A stretch of 64,000 bases of DNA, taken from the NCBI RefSeq assembly GCF_030144855.1, contig NC_082706.1, positions 44,454,001 to 44,518,000 of the forward strand, given 5' to 3'. This stretch comes from Hypanus sabinus (Eukaryota). Positions 23,530-35,357 of this stretch are shown here, piece by piece; position 1 is the stretch's first letter; every line of letters starts with the position of its first letter. The position numbers and the translations under genes are program-made. The notes under the pieces were generated by a model that had not been told where the DNA came from, searched no databases, and saw nothing but the letters and a program-made list of their open reading frames with translations.

Positions 23530-24720
23530 TTGTACAAAAAGCCCATTCAGGAGAATCTGAAGGTGGATTAGAACTCACCCCATCGGTCTATAGAGAGATG
23601 AGTTGAGCTCCAAGCATCCTAGATATTCAACCCCATTCGGGACAGGGATGGCACCCGAGTGTTCCCCAGAACTGACAAGTGGCATTTGTCCGAAGTGATA
23701 CCAGGGAATGACCCTCTCCCTTCATCCCTCCCAATCTGCCAACACACACCTCATCCTCACTACTGACTCTCTGCCCTTGAACGTCAGCCAAAAGCATTGA
23801 CAGTTCCTTCTACAGGCCCTTTCACCACTCCCCGCCCCACATTACTCACTTCCTGATACCCAAAGCCACTGTTAACCGGACTCAGGAGTGCAATTGAATA
23901 CTCTCTGCAAGACAACATGAGAGTAGCTACAACGTACAAGATTCTCTCCACTGGTGCTGGAATCTGATCAGTAATAGAGGTGATAATGGGAACCATTAGG
24001 GGAAGGGAGAAGGGAAACGGAACCAGTATTTGATGATGGAGGAGTGGACAGAATGTCAGAGAGTGAAATGGGTGGGTGGATGTGCGAAGGAAGGCTGTGC
24101 GATGGGGAGGAGGACAACATAGAAGGATGGGAGGGGGAATAGGAAGTGATGGAGTTACCTTTAACCGGAATATGTATTGGAGTTGTTAGATAAACCCAGG
24201 AGAATATGTGGTGTTGTTCCTCAAGTTTCCTCTGGGCTTTGAATTTACCTTCCCCTCCCCTATCCAGCTCCCTCAGCCTATCATCCAAAGACTCCCACCA
24301 TCCCTCCCAATATACCAACACACCACTCACCCTCAACGCTGACTCTCTCCCCTTCACTGCCAGTCCCAAAACATTGACAGTTCCTTCCACAATCCCTCCC
24401 CCACCCCCCACACATAGGTGGTACTGGACCAATTGAGATCCCCAACAGAGGTGCTCCACATTCAAACACGAACAGATAACTGGAGATAACACTCTGCCAC
24501 ACAAGTGCCTGGCAACTACCAGCTGCAACCGGAGAGAACAACCTCCCGTTGAGATTCAATGACAATCCTGACACTGAGTCCCAACCATCAACATCCTGGG
24601 GATCCCCAGTGTCCAGAAACTCAAGGGGACCATATGCATAAACCTTCAGATACAGGAGCAGGTCAGAGACTGGGTACCTGCACAGAGTAACATCCCCAAA
24701 CTCCTAATGAAATACAGCCA
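23530..24720. mobile_element. Penelope-like element fragments (GIY-YIG endonuclease C-terminus)
   Basis: Minus-strand translation KAQRKLEEQHHIF matches KLRLEEQHLIYRLG at 50433-50654; boundaries approximate. Confidence 0.55.
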
Positions 24721-24925
24721 GTGGCGTGCCTCCTTCGTGATTGATTCAATGTGTTGGATCCAGAACAGATCCTCTGAGATGTTGATGCTCAGGAACTTGA
24801 AGCTGCTCAGCCTTTCCACCGCTGACCCCAGGATGAGGACTGGAGTGTGTTCTCCCGACTTCCCCTTCCTGAAGTTCACAGTCAGTTGCTTGGACTTGCT
24901 GAGGCTGAGTGTAAGATTGTTGTTC
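24720..24925 (-). mobile_element. Rex1/Babar-type LINE fragment
   Basis: ORF 24646-24879: VERLSSFKFLSINISEDL...ITKEARHWLYFIRSL. Confidence 0.8.
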
Positions 24926-24979
24926 TGACATCACGGAGAGGGCCGCACTGTGAAATGGGAGACATACGACCACCTCTCA

Positions 24980-25400
24980 GAGTACAAAGGATTCTTTGCA
25001 CCACTACACTCCCCTCACTTCCCCTCACACCCTCTCCACTCCCCGTTCTACTTCCTATTGTGTTACGTCCTCCCTCTCCTTCCCCACTCCAACATGCCAC
25101 TCCCTACGCAAACAGACCCTTCACTCTCTCTTCACACCTCCCTGTCTACTTGCAACCCCTTCTTCCCCCACCACTCAGACCCCTATTCCCTTCTCCCCAC
25201 TCTTACATTCCTACCTCTCTTTCCCTCTTCCATCATACTCCAACACTCTATACCCACTCTGACAACTCTTCCCTCCTCTGACATCCCCTCCCCACTTGGA
25301 TCACTATCCTCTCCCCACCACATGACGACAGACCCCTTTAGACCCCAACCTCCTCCTCAAATCACTCCCCCTTTCTCTCCTCACTTGGACTCCCCTCTCA
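24980..25400. repeat. C/T-rich low-complexity tract
   Basis: Pyrimidine-rich composition; source of the low-complexity ORFs. Confidence 0.8.
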
Positions 25401-25790
25401 TCGCTCAGTCCGGCATTGAGTGAAGGGACACCATCACTGGTGGGAGCACACTGAGCCCAGCAGGCCAGAGCACTGCCACATAGAGTATTGACTCTGCACC
25501 TGAGGCCGCTGGTTATTGATCAGGTGTGGGGTTGAATTGTGTGTTGTCGATGTGGGGCTCAGTGGGGTGTTTGCTTCCCTCGCTCAGAGTTGGCTTTCTG
25601 GATTCACACTCACCCGTACCCTTGTGCAGAAAATGTATTTAGATTGGCCAGGGCAGGACTGACGGTGCACTGCTCTATCAGAGGGGCTGCACTGTTCAGA
25701 GGGCAGCACAGAGGGAATGCCACACTGTCACTGTTGAGGGAATACTGATCATCTGGAGCAGCTGTCTGCTTTCAAGGAGACAGTTCTTAC

Positions 25791-25899
25791 CTGGATTATT
25801 GTGGAGTTTGCACTGGTTCTTTCATCTCATTTCCTGCTGCTGTACGAGACCATTTCATACAAATCCGTTGGCACAGGTCTTTCTACATTTCTGGTTGGA
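25791..25899 (-). CDS. Siglec-like gene, cytoplasmic exon ((N)PTRNVERPVPTDLYEMVSYSSRK*)
   Basis: ctgttcctag acceptor and gtaaga donor; the phase-2 entry matches the TM exon; TGA at 25829-25827 followed by 12 further open codons to the donor. Confidence 0.7.
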
Positions 25900-26137
25900 C
25901 TAGGAACAGATTTGAGGACAACATTTAACTGGGGCAAGGTGCAATGAGAGAGGCTGGGGTCCAGGTGAGGGGGTGTAGCTGTGGAGGGGCTGACTTAGAC
26001 GGGGAGGAGTGCAGGGGCTGGAGGAGATAACAGAGATGGGAGGGGTGTGTTGGGACCAGAGGGCATTACAGAGAAAAGGAGAATTACATGTTCCGAAGGA
26101 GGTTTCAGAAATTTTTGGGAGGTTTCCCAATACTCAC

Positions 26138-26252
26138 TTGTCAGTTTTCCAGTAGGATTTAACTAACCAAATCACAGCCACTGTTGCAAGAAGAAAAAGA
26201 ACTCCTCTTACAGCCAATGAGATGAGTAGTATCTTGGACGACTCTCCCTCAG
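26138..26252 (-). CDS. Siglec-like gene, transmembrane exon ((S)EGESSKILLISLAVRGVLFLLATVAVIWLVKSYWKTD)
   Basis: tttgttctttgtgtctcag acceptor and gtgagt donor; phase-1 entry compatible with the Ig exons; 24-residue hydrophobic span containing one Arg. Confidence 0.85.
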
Positions 26253-26699
26253 CTGAGACACAAAGAACAAAGAGAATTATCGATATCAATCTCAGGCACG
26301 CTGTCATCAGTACTCATTCCTCAGGTACTGGGTGGCAAACAGAACGTGATTACTGTGATGGTCACTGATGGCTACAGAAACTTTGATGGGGTGAGAAAGG
26401 ATTGTGAAAGGCTCGATTCCACCAAGCCATCTCAGATATCCCACAGAATGTGTTTGTAAAGCAGGATGTTCAATGTTTGCCCCGATACAGATAGAGTTAA
26501 CAATTATCCCTCAACCACTAATTACTTCAAATCTATCTTCACTGCAAGGTGGGCATCAACAGATCTGAGGGAGGTCGACATCGGTTGTAGGGCAAATTTT
26601 GGGGCAGAAGTGAAGGAATGGCCCATTGTGGGAGAGCAAATACTGAAGGAACTCCATGTTTGAGTGGACATGGCGCACTGTGGAAGGTTGGGTGATGGG

Positions 26700-27060
26700 G
26701 CTGCACTGGACTATGAAGGGGTTAGCGATGAAGGAGAAGGAGCTCAAGATGAAAGGGTCAGTGAAGAACATAGAACAGCACAACACAGTACAGACCCTTC
26801 AATCCGTGAGTTGTGTTGGCCTTTTAACTCATTTCGGGATCAATCTAACTTTTCTCCCCTACAGAACCCTCCATTTTTCTTTCTCTATTTGTCTATTGAA
26901 GGGTTTCTTAAATGTCCCTAATGTATCTGTCTCGACCTCCACCCCTGTTAGTGCCTCTCACATACCCACCGTCTCACATACCCACCATTCTCACTCAACC
27001 TACTTCTGACATCTGCCCTATATATTCCTCCAAACACCTTCAAATTATGTTCCCTCATAG
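26700..27060 (-). mobile_element. CR1 LINE 3' fragment
   Basis: CATAGAACAGCACAACACAG...CCCTTC tail and a CR1 C-terminal region on the reverse strand. Confidence 0.65.
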
Positions 27061-27299
27061 TAACCAATTCTGTACCGGGCCAGAGCTCGCTGTGTGAAGT
27101 GCGGTCAAATATAACTCAATGAGGGACGGCACCTCCGCGGGGATTTAACCACCTTTTCTCCTTTCCGCGCCGTCTGCTTATGCAGCTGGAGCGGGGTGGG
27201 GATGTCGAGGGATGCTTTCAGGTACAATTTCAGGAGTAATGTTACACAATTCCATGGCTACCAACCGTCTAGGAAGCACATAGTTCGGACATATTCGTA

Positions 27300-27960
27300 A
27301 CCGCCAGGCTGCTAACCATCACGAAGGCAGAAGCCGACGCCTCTGGGCTTCCCCCGCTGCTCCCCTCTTTCTGTTCCTCCTGTCACCCCCCCCCCCTTCT
27401 CCCCTTGCCCTGGTGATGGAGGTCGGTGTTGGGCGCGGCACGGTTGAAAATAAGGGGTGGGTACAGATAGTAAGGCAAGGAAAAACAAGAAACACCCCGA
27501 GGCTTCTACCCCTGCGAAGGGGCGGACGGTTCCTGTTAAACCCGACACGGAGAGCCCAAAGCATCTGCGTTCCAGTAAAGGCCGGGAAAGGGGAGGTGGT
27601 GCCGGAGGCTGCGGACACATCCGAAATGGATGTCAGCATGCCTCTGCACATTTGTGGTCTGAAAGAGTCCAGGGGTCACACGAAGGGCAGGATTTACCCT
27701 CCGGTTAAGGCTGGATGCTCAGAGTGTGTCTCCCCAGAGCTGGAGGATACTCCTACCGTAGAGGAGCCCGCAGCCACGGCGGCATCTGCTGAGCGTGTGG
27801 CCTCCGGGCTGGTGAGTGGTGCCATAGCACTGGGTGCTGGCGGGGAACAAGCTCTGCCCCATGGTCGGGAGGAGAAGGGCGATGCTTTGGTAAAGCTGCA
27901 GTATCTGGAGGACGATGCTGACGGCCGCTACTGAGATTATTTCAGATGTCCCGGTAGGTT
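27300..27960 (+). mobile_element. Tx1/L1-like LINE fragment (probable ORF1 3' region)
   Basis: RRGGRFLLNPTRRA is shared with RGRRLLLNPTRRA at 47057-47275, which adjoins a Tx1-type ORF2 C-terminus. Confidence 0.45.
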
Positions 27961-28129
27961 CAGAGCCCAGCGGCCCTCAGCATCGGTCATTCCGGCAGCC
28001 CCGTCCGCGGCGGGAGCCCCGCACAGCGAGGAGGTTTATGGCAGGTCGGAGATGCTCGTTTGAAAGGAGAGTTAGCGGGTATTCTGTGTCATTCCGGTGT
28101 TCCAATCAGCGCCAGGAGCAGCGCAGAGA

Positions 28130-28966
28130 GGTGTAAATAAAAGTAGAGAAGTGACAAGCGGAGCGGCCATTGTTGAGAGTGGGCCAGTGGTGAGAGTGCG
28201 AGTGACAGGCTTTGGCTCAAAGGAGGCTTCAGCTCGGAAGAGGCTTTGGCTCTGGGTAAGTTTCCGGGTAAGTTTCTGTTAAATTTCCCCTTTTCTGCTG
28301 TGTGGGGTAATAAATGTAGATTAATTGGTCATTGTTTGTTTTCGTGCTGCATGCTGAAGTCATTCTCAGAGTTTCCCAGGGAACTACATCTGCATGAGGT
28401 CCATCCAGCTGCAGTTACATGAAGAACATATTAGGGATCTGGAGGAGCAGCTGGGGATGACCTTCAGCTTGTACGGGTGAGGAGACCATCGATTATAGTC
28501 ATAGGGAACGGGTCACCCCGAGGTTGCAGCAGGACGGGGTAGTTGGGTGACTGTCAGGAGACATGAACATGTGAAAAGTCAGTTCGTACAGAGCATCCCT
28601 GTGGCCGTTCCTCTCAATAATAAGTAAACCGTTTTGGATACTGTTGTGGGGGATGACCTTCCACAGGAATGGCATGGCGACCAGGTTTACTGGCTCTGAG
28701 CATGGGTCCATGGTGCAGAAGGGAAAGAGGGAGTAGAGGGGAGCGGTAGTGATTGGGGAATCAATAGTCAGGGGAACAGACAGGATATTCTGTGGATGTG
28801 AACAGGACACCTGGATGGTTTGTTGCCTCCCAGGTGCCAGGGTCAGGGACATCTCGGTTCACATCCACAGCATTTTGGAGGAGGGAGATCCGCCAGATGT
28901 CTTGGTACATATTGGCACCTTTGCATTTACTGACTTTACACAGACTCAACCTGTAAGTTAACCTTC
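28130..28966 (+). mobile_element. CR1 5' region/ORF1 fragment (zinc-finger/leucine zipper and SGNH esterase); copied at the start of each Siglec cassette
   Basis: PGNYICMRSIQLQL...IRDLEEQL and IGESIVRGTDRIFCG...CCLPGARVRDI...DVLVHIGT; shorter homologs at ~33060-33530, 37700-38180 and 41770-42240. Confidence 0.85.
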
Positions 28967-31900
28967 TGTGGTGACCCACTTCCCAGCGCACTCGAACAGG
29001 CTCACAAAGCGGTGCGCGCCGGCATTGAGGCCGGTCCCAAAGAGGGCGCCAGGCCTGCTTCACCAGCAAGGGGAAAAGCCCGCGCGCGGGACGGGACTGT
29101 GAATACCCGCCCCCTACAGTATTTCCGCCCGGGGAGGGCGGGATCAGGAAGGCTTTAAAGCGAGGCCGCGAAGTTTGAATAAACCTCTTTTGCAACTGTA
29201 GCTCACTGTCTGCGTGTCGTTATTCCAGCGCTGTGTGTGGCACCCTGCTACAATTGGTGACCCCGACGGCCCAAACGATATTTGGACCGGAGATGAACGA
29301 CGCCGCATCTGTTCATGCAGTTTCGTTAAAACTGCCAAGCTTCTGGACGCTGCGACCTCACCTATGGTTCCAACAAGCAGAAGCCCGATTCCACATTCGG
29401 CAGATAACCTCGGATGCCACACGTTACTACTACGTGGTGAGCTCCCTCGACCAGGAGACAGCCGCCCAGGTTGAGGAGTTCATACAATCGCCCCCGGAGG
29501 ACGGCAAATACACAGAATTCAAAGCCTTGCTCATAAGGACTTTCGGACTCTCACGGCGTGAGTGAGCTGCACCTGGATAGTTTGGGGGACAGTCCACCGT
29601 CGGCTTTGCTGTCCCTGGCCGGAGGTCACAAGCCCTGCCGCATGTTTGAGCAGGCACGCCTGGAGCAGCTGCCCGAGGACATACGCCTGGGGCTGTACGA
29701 CGCGGATTTTAGCGACCCCCGGAAGGTGGCGGTTCGAGCGGACGTGCTGTGTAAAGCCAAGTAGGAGAGTAGGGCGTCCGTCGCACAGATCACCAGGCCA
29801 CGCTCCCAGCAGCACACCAGACCAGTCCCAGCCGCAGAGCCCGCCAACCCCAGGGGCACGGGTGGGGGGCCCAACGAACAATGGTGCTTCTACCACCAGC
29901 GGTGGGGCGCAGAAGCCCGCCGTGGTCGCCCGCCCTGCAAGTTCCCGGGAAACGCCGGGGCCAGCCGCAGCTGATGGCTACGGCGGCTGGCCATCGGGAT
30001 AGCCTCCTGTATGTCTGGGACAAGCAGTCGGGACGCCGCTTTTTGGTCGACACCGGAGCCCAGATCTGTGTCTTACCTCCGAAGAGTTATGACACCTGCA
30101 ACAGAGAACCGGGTCCCACCCTGAGGGCCGCGAACTGCAGCACAGTAAGGACCTACGGCACCCGTACGGTGCGGCTACTGTTCGGCTCCAGCCGGTTCAC
30201 GTGGGACTTCACACTGGCCGCCGTAGCCCAACCGCTCCTGGAAGCGGATTTTTTGCGGGCTCACAGCCTACTGGTCGACCTGCCAAGGAAGAGACTGGTC
30301 CATGCCGAGACCTTTCAAACGTTCTCCCTGGGTGAAGCTCAGTTCCTGGCCCTACACCTAGACGTCATCATGCTGTCCGATAACAACTTCACCAGAGTCC
30401 TGGCGGATTTCCCATCGGTTCTGGCACCGCAGTTCATGGCAGCCATGCCCAGACACGGCGTACAGCACCACATCCCGACCCAGGGACCACCCCTCCACGC
30501 CCGTGCTCGAAGGCTTCCCCTGGGCAAGCTCTGACTGGCGAAGGAGGAGTTCAAGAGGATGGAGGAATTGGGGATTATCCGGCGGTCCGGCAGCCCATGG
30601 GCCTCCCCCCTGCACATGGTGCCCAAAGCGACAGGGGGCTGGAGACCATGCGGCGACTACTACAGGCTGAACGAGGCTACCACACCGGACCGCTACCCTG
30701 TGCCGCACATTCAGGACTTTGCAGCAAACCTGCACGGCACACAGATCTTCTCCAAGGTAGACCTCGTCCGGGGATACCACCAAATCCCGATGCATCCGGA
30801 CGACGTCAACCAAACGGCACTCATCACCCCGTTCGGCCTTTTCGAGTTCCTTCGCATGCAGTTCGGCCAAAAGAATACCGCGCAGACGTTTCAGCGGTTA
30901 ATGGACGCGGTGGGACGCGATCTGGACTTCGCTTTTACCTATTTGGACGACATCCTCATAGCCAGCAGCAGTCATCAGGAGCATCTGTCCCACCTCCGTC
31001 AACTCTTCGCCCGACTAAGTGAATACGGCCTCACGATCAACCCGGCCAAATGCCAGTTCCGGCTCGACACCATCGACTTCCTTGGCCACAGGATTACTAA
31101 AGACGGGGCAACCCCTCTACCCGCCAAGGTAGACGCGATCCGCCATTTCCCCCGACCCAACACAATCAAAGGCCTTCAGGAATTTGTGGGTATGGTGAAT
31201 TTCTACCACCGCTTCCTCCCTTCAGCTGCCCGAATCATGCGCCCCCTGTTCGCCCTGATGTCGGGTTCGGGCAAGGTCATTACCTGGGACAAGGAGTCCG
31301 CAACCGCTTTCATTAAAACCAGAGAAGCGTTGGCAAACGCCACGATGCTAATGCGCCCCAGAACGGACGTCCCTACCGCCCTCACAGTGGACGCATCTAA
31401 CACGGCAGTCGGTGGAGTGCTGGAACAGCTCATCTGGATATCTCGCTTTGGGGTACCGGCCCACATTACCTCCGACTGAGGCGCCCAGTTCACCTCCAGC
31501 CTGTGTTCAGCTATGGCCAGCCTTTTGGGGACACAGCTGCACCACACAACTGTCTACGGACTGTGGGGCGTTTCCACCGTCATCTGAAGTCGGCTCTCAT
31601 GGCCCGCCTCAAAGGGCCTAACTGGGCGGACGAGCTTCCCTGGGTCCTGCTCGGAATTCGCACGGTGCCCAAAGAGGATATTCACACCTCGTCGGCCGAG
31701 TTGAAGTACGGCTCACCCCTGGTCGTCCCAGGAGAGTTCATACCAGCCCCAAGGGGGCAAGAGGAAGAACACGCAGTAGTCCTGGGCAGACTACGCGAGA
31801 GGCTCGGTAACCGGGCCCCCGTGCCGACTTCACAGCACGGGCGGACCCCGAACTGCGTACCTAAAGACCTGCAAAACTGTAAGTTCGTTTTTGTATGACG

Positions 31901-32294
31901 GGGCGGACATCGGGCACCCCTACAGCAACCCTACGAGGGGCCGTTTACGGCATTCAGAAACAACGGGTCCACATTCGTGCTGGACATTGGGGGGAGAGAG
32001 GAGGTTTTCACGGTGGACCGACTCAAACCGGCCCATGTGGATGGCGCAGACGGTCGAGACTCAGGCACCGCGGGCAGAGGCAGGCCTCCCAAATAGAGTC
32101 CGACCCAGACTGTGGACATTGGGGGGTGTATCGCCGGTTGCGGGGGGGGGGGTATGTGGCGACCCACTTCCCAGCGCACTCGAACCAGCTCACAAAGCGG
32201 TGCGCGCCGTCATTGAGGCCGGTCCCAAAGAGGGCGCCAGGCCTGCTTCACCAGCAAGGGGAAAAGCCCGCGCGCGGGACGGAACTGTGAATAC
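28967..32294 (+). mobile_element. Gypsy/Ty3 LTR retrotransposon, internally deleted, 3' LTR truncated
   Basis: 5' LTR 28967-29252 (TG...CA); PBS TGGTGACCCCGACG at 29255-29268; gag (KLPSFW...WFQQAEARF), protease (FLVDTGAQ), RT (YLDD), integrase remnant; G-run PPT at 32142-32152; 3' LTR 32155-32294. Confidence 0.95.
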
Positions 32295-32359
32295 ATGCCC
32301 GCTGCATAGATCTGTCAAGCAAGAGCCCCGTTAACAGAAACCATGCTGACTTTGACTTT

Positions 32360-32469
32360 TTCTTATCAAGATGCGACGGATAATGGTAGTGGCATGGAAT
32401 CCGAGCACACAATCCTCTCTGTGATGTCACTTGTGATGGTGTCAGCTCTCCACTCCTTCGACACTGCGG
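32360..32469 (-). pseudogene. Siglec-like cassette 4: V-set exon remnant (frameshifted, 3'-deleted; its C2 exon is missing)
   Basis: Same acceptor and 5' sequence as the other V exons, the same 2-nt deletion as cassette 2, and truncation at TTCTTATC (32360-32367). Confidence 0.88.
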
Positions 32470-33701
32470 CTGAGGAGAGAATGAATAATGATTGACAATG
32501 GATGACTTGTCAAAACACCAGACATGATATCCACACCCTGTATCACTCCCGCACTGTGGACATAGTGCGCACCGAGTGTGGGAAACACAAGGAAACCCAG
32601 CCGGGCTCCTCACAGATGGCGGGGACATGTTAGATTTTGGGGGGCAGGTTCATTCTCTGTGGCTCATTGGCCTCAGGGTCAATGGAGTTTGTCTAATACT
32701 GTCAGGAAGGATCAATGAAATGGGTATCATCTAACACGGCAGGAAGAAATGGAGTGCCCAAAATTGGTCGTTTCTTCATTGGTAATCATTTCCTATATGC
32801 TCTTCAACGTATCACTATCTCTGCTCCTTCCATGATCTGCTACATTGGATGTATGTGATCTTATGCATCTCGGAATGAATGTGGATCATTATTATCTCAG
32901 TGATCCCTGTGGGACTGCCACAGGTACAAGGATGCCGATGTGTCTGTGATCGAGTAGCATTGATGCTGGTGACAGAGAGATTGCGATTCGGGTCCGTATT
33001 GACAGGTCCCACACATACAGAGCAGCTGGATGAACTTTGGCTTGTATGGGACAGTGAGATCATCAAATAGAGTTACAGGGAACTGGTTACCCTGATGTTG
33101 CTGGAGGAGGGGGTATTTATGTGACTGTGGACATGTGAAATGTCAGTTCATGCAGAGAATCCCTGTGGCCATTCCTCTCAATAATAAGTATAGCATTTTG
33201 GATACTGTTGTGGGGGATGACCTTCCACAGGAATGACATGGAGACCAGGTTTACTGGCACTGAGAATGGGTCCGTAGTGCGGAAGGGAAAGAGGGAGTAG
33301 AGGGGAGCGTAGTGATAGGGGAATCAATAGTCAGGGGAACAGACAGGAGATTATGTGGATGTGAACAGGACACCAGGATGGTTTGTTGCCTCCCAGGTGT
33401 CAGGGTCAGGGACATCTAGGTTTACATCCGCAGCATTTTGGAGTAGGGAGAGAAGTCTGATGTCTTGGTACATATTGGCAACTTTGCATTTACTGACTTT
33501 ACACAGACTCAACCTGTAAATTAACCTTCTTAGAGTCTTGCATAAGGACTCCTGATTCCCTCTGGAACTGTAATGTTTGAACCCTTCCATTTCGATAATA
33601 GTCCGCACTACGGTTCCTTTTATCAAAATGGATTATCATGCATTTGCCAACACTCTATTCAATCTGCCACATTTTTGTCCATTCTTCCTGTTTGTCTAAG
33701 G

Positions 33702-34437
33702 CAGGGGTCAGCAACCCGCGGCTCCAGAGCCGCATGCGACTCTTTCATCTCTGTGCTGCGGCTCCCCGTGGTTTGTTAGTTTTTGAAATGTAATTCGAAA
33801 TTTGAAGATTATGGTGATCTTGTACAATCTAAAAATGTTGTGGAGACCCCATTTCCTGGCACATCCGAACCGGCTCACAATTAGCCACCGTTCCGGCTAA
33901 GGGAGATAGCCTACGGGGGTTTGTGAGTACGTGTCTTTTGGAGCATCCGCGCCCACGGGGACGGGTTGAGGGAGGCTTTAAAGCAAGGCTGCTAGTTTGA
34001 ATAAAGTTACCTTTGACTGCAGTGTCTTTATTTTAGCGCTGCGTTTAGCACACTGCTACAACGTGTTTTTTATCGCTATTAATATACATCACCACTGCCA
34101 ATGCCTGACACCCACCAGTACGCGCTTTCTTTTAATTCTTTGATCCAAGGTAGGCTAACTATGGAGTAACCTTCAACCCAACGTCTTTTTTTCGGAGTTC
34201 AAAATGTTTTTGTTGCATGCAGAAATGTAATTTCGTTTTCTCTGCAGGAGTTCATCAATTTCATAAATGCAACACATTATAGTTTGTTTATACATAGCAT
34301 AAAGGCAAAAAAAAACCGTTGTATACAGTGTTATTTCATTTTAAATGTCAAACGGGTTTTGTGGCTCCCAGTGTTTTCTTTTCTGTGGGAAATGGGTCCA
34401 TATTGGCTCTTTCAGTGGTAAACGTTGCCGACCCCTG
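33702..34437. mobile_element. hAT (Charlie-like) non-autonomous element, 736 bp, 8-bp TSD GTCTAAGG
   Basis: TIRs CAGGGGTCAGCAAC / GTTGCCGACCCCTG; TSD at 33694-33701 and 34438-34445; the empty site GTCTAAGGCCTGC is present in the paralogous units (~38341, ~42396). Confidence 0.95.
33839..34060 (+). mobile_element. Solo LTR nested in the hAT element, related to the Gypsy LTR at 28967
   Basis: Starts TGTGGAGACCCC...CGAACCGGCTCACAA and ends GGCTTTAAAGC...GTTTGAATAAA...CTGCTACA, like the 28967-29252 LTR; flanks ATGT/ACGT. Confidence 0.8.
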
Positions 34438-35357
34438 GTCTAAGGCCTGCTGCAATCACATTGTTTTGTCAGCACGACTGACCTCCCAACTATATCTGAT
34501 CATCAGCAAAGTTGCCACAAAGCCATGAATTCCATTATCAAACAATGTGAAAAGCAGTGGTCACAATACAGACCACAAAACACCTCTAATCACCAGCAGC
34601 CAACCAGTCAAGGCCTCTTTTATTCCCATTCACTGCCTTCTGCCTGTCAGCCATTCTGCTATCACGATCTATCAAGCAAGTTCCTGCTTACAGAAACCAT
34701 GCTGACTTTGACGTTTTCTTATCATGTCTCCAAGTACCTCGAAGCCTCATTCCTAATAATGGACTCCAACACTCCCAGCCACTGAGGTTCGGCTAACTGG
34801 CCTATAATTTCCTTTCTTCTGCCTAACCTCTTGTGCTTGCTAGAATTTAAAAGGATGAGGTTGGATCTCATTGAAATCGTTTGAACCTTAAAAGACCTAG
34901 ACAGAGTAGATGTTGAAAGGATTTTACCTATGGTGGGGAAGTCTAGGACATGAGGACATGACCTCAGGATAGAGGGCTGTCAATTTAAAACAAAGAAACA
35001 GAGAAATTTCTTCAACCAGACGTTGGTGAATTTCTGGAATTTGTTCTCTGTTGTAGAAACCAGGTCACAGGTTGTATCTAAGGCAAAGATTGATGGGATC
35101 TTGATAGACCACGACATCAAAGGTTATGGGTAGGAGGTCAGGAGTGGGGCTGAGGAGGGAAAATGGATCAGCCATGACCGAATGATGGAGCAGGATCAAT
35201 GGATCAAATGACTTAATTCTGATCCCATGTCTTATGGTCTTCTCATGGATATTCAGGGCGGTATATAGTTATCCTCATACTGAAATTTGCAGCATCTTTC
35301 TGTGTACTCTGCAGAGTATTGCTGTACCTGTGTGATAACTGTTCTCCATACTTACAC

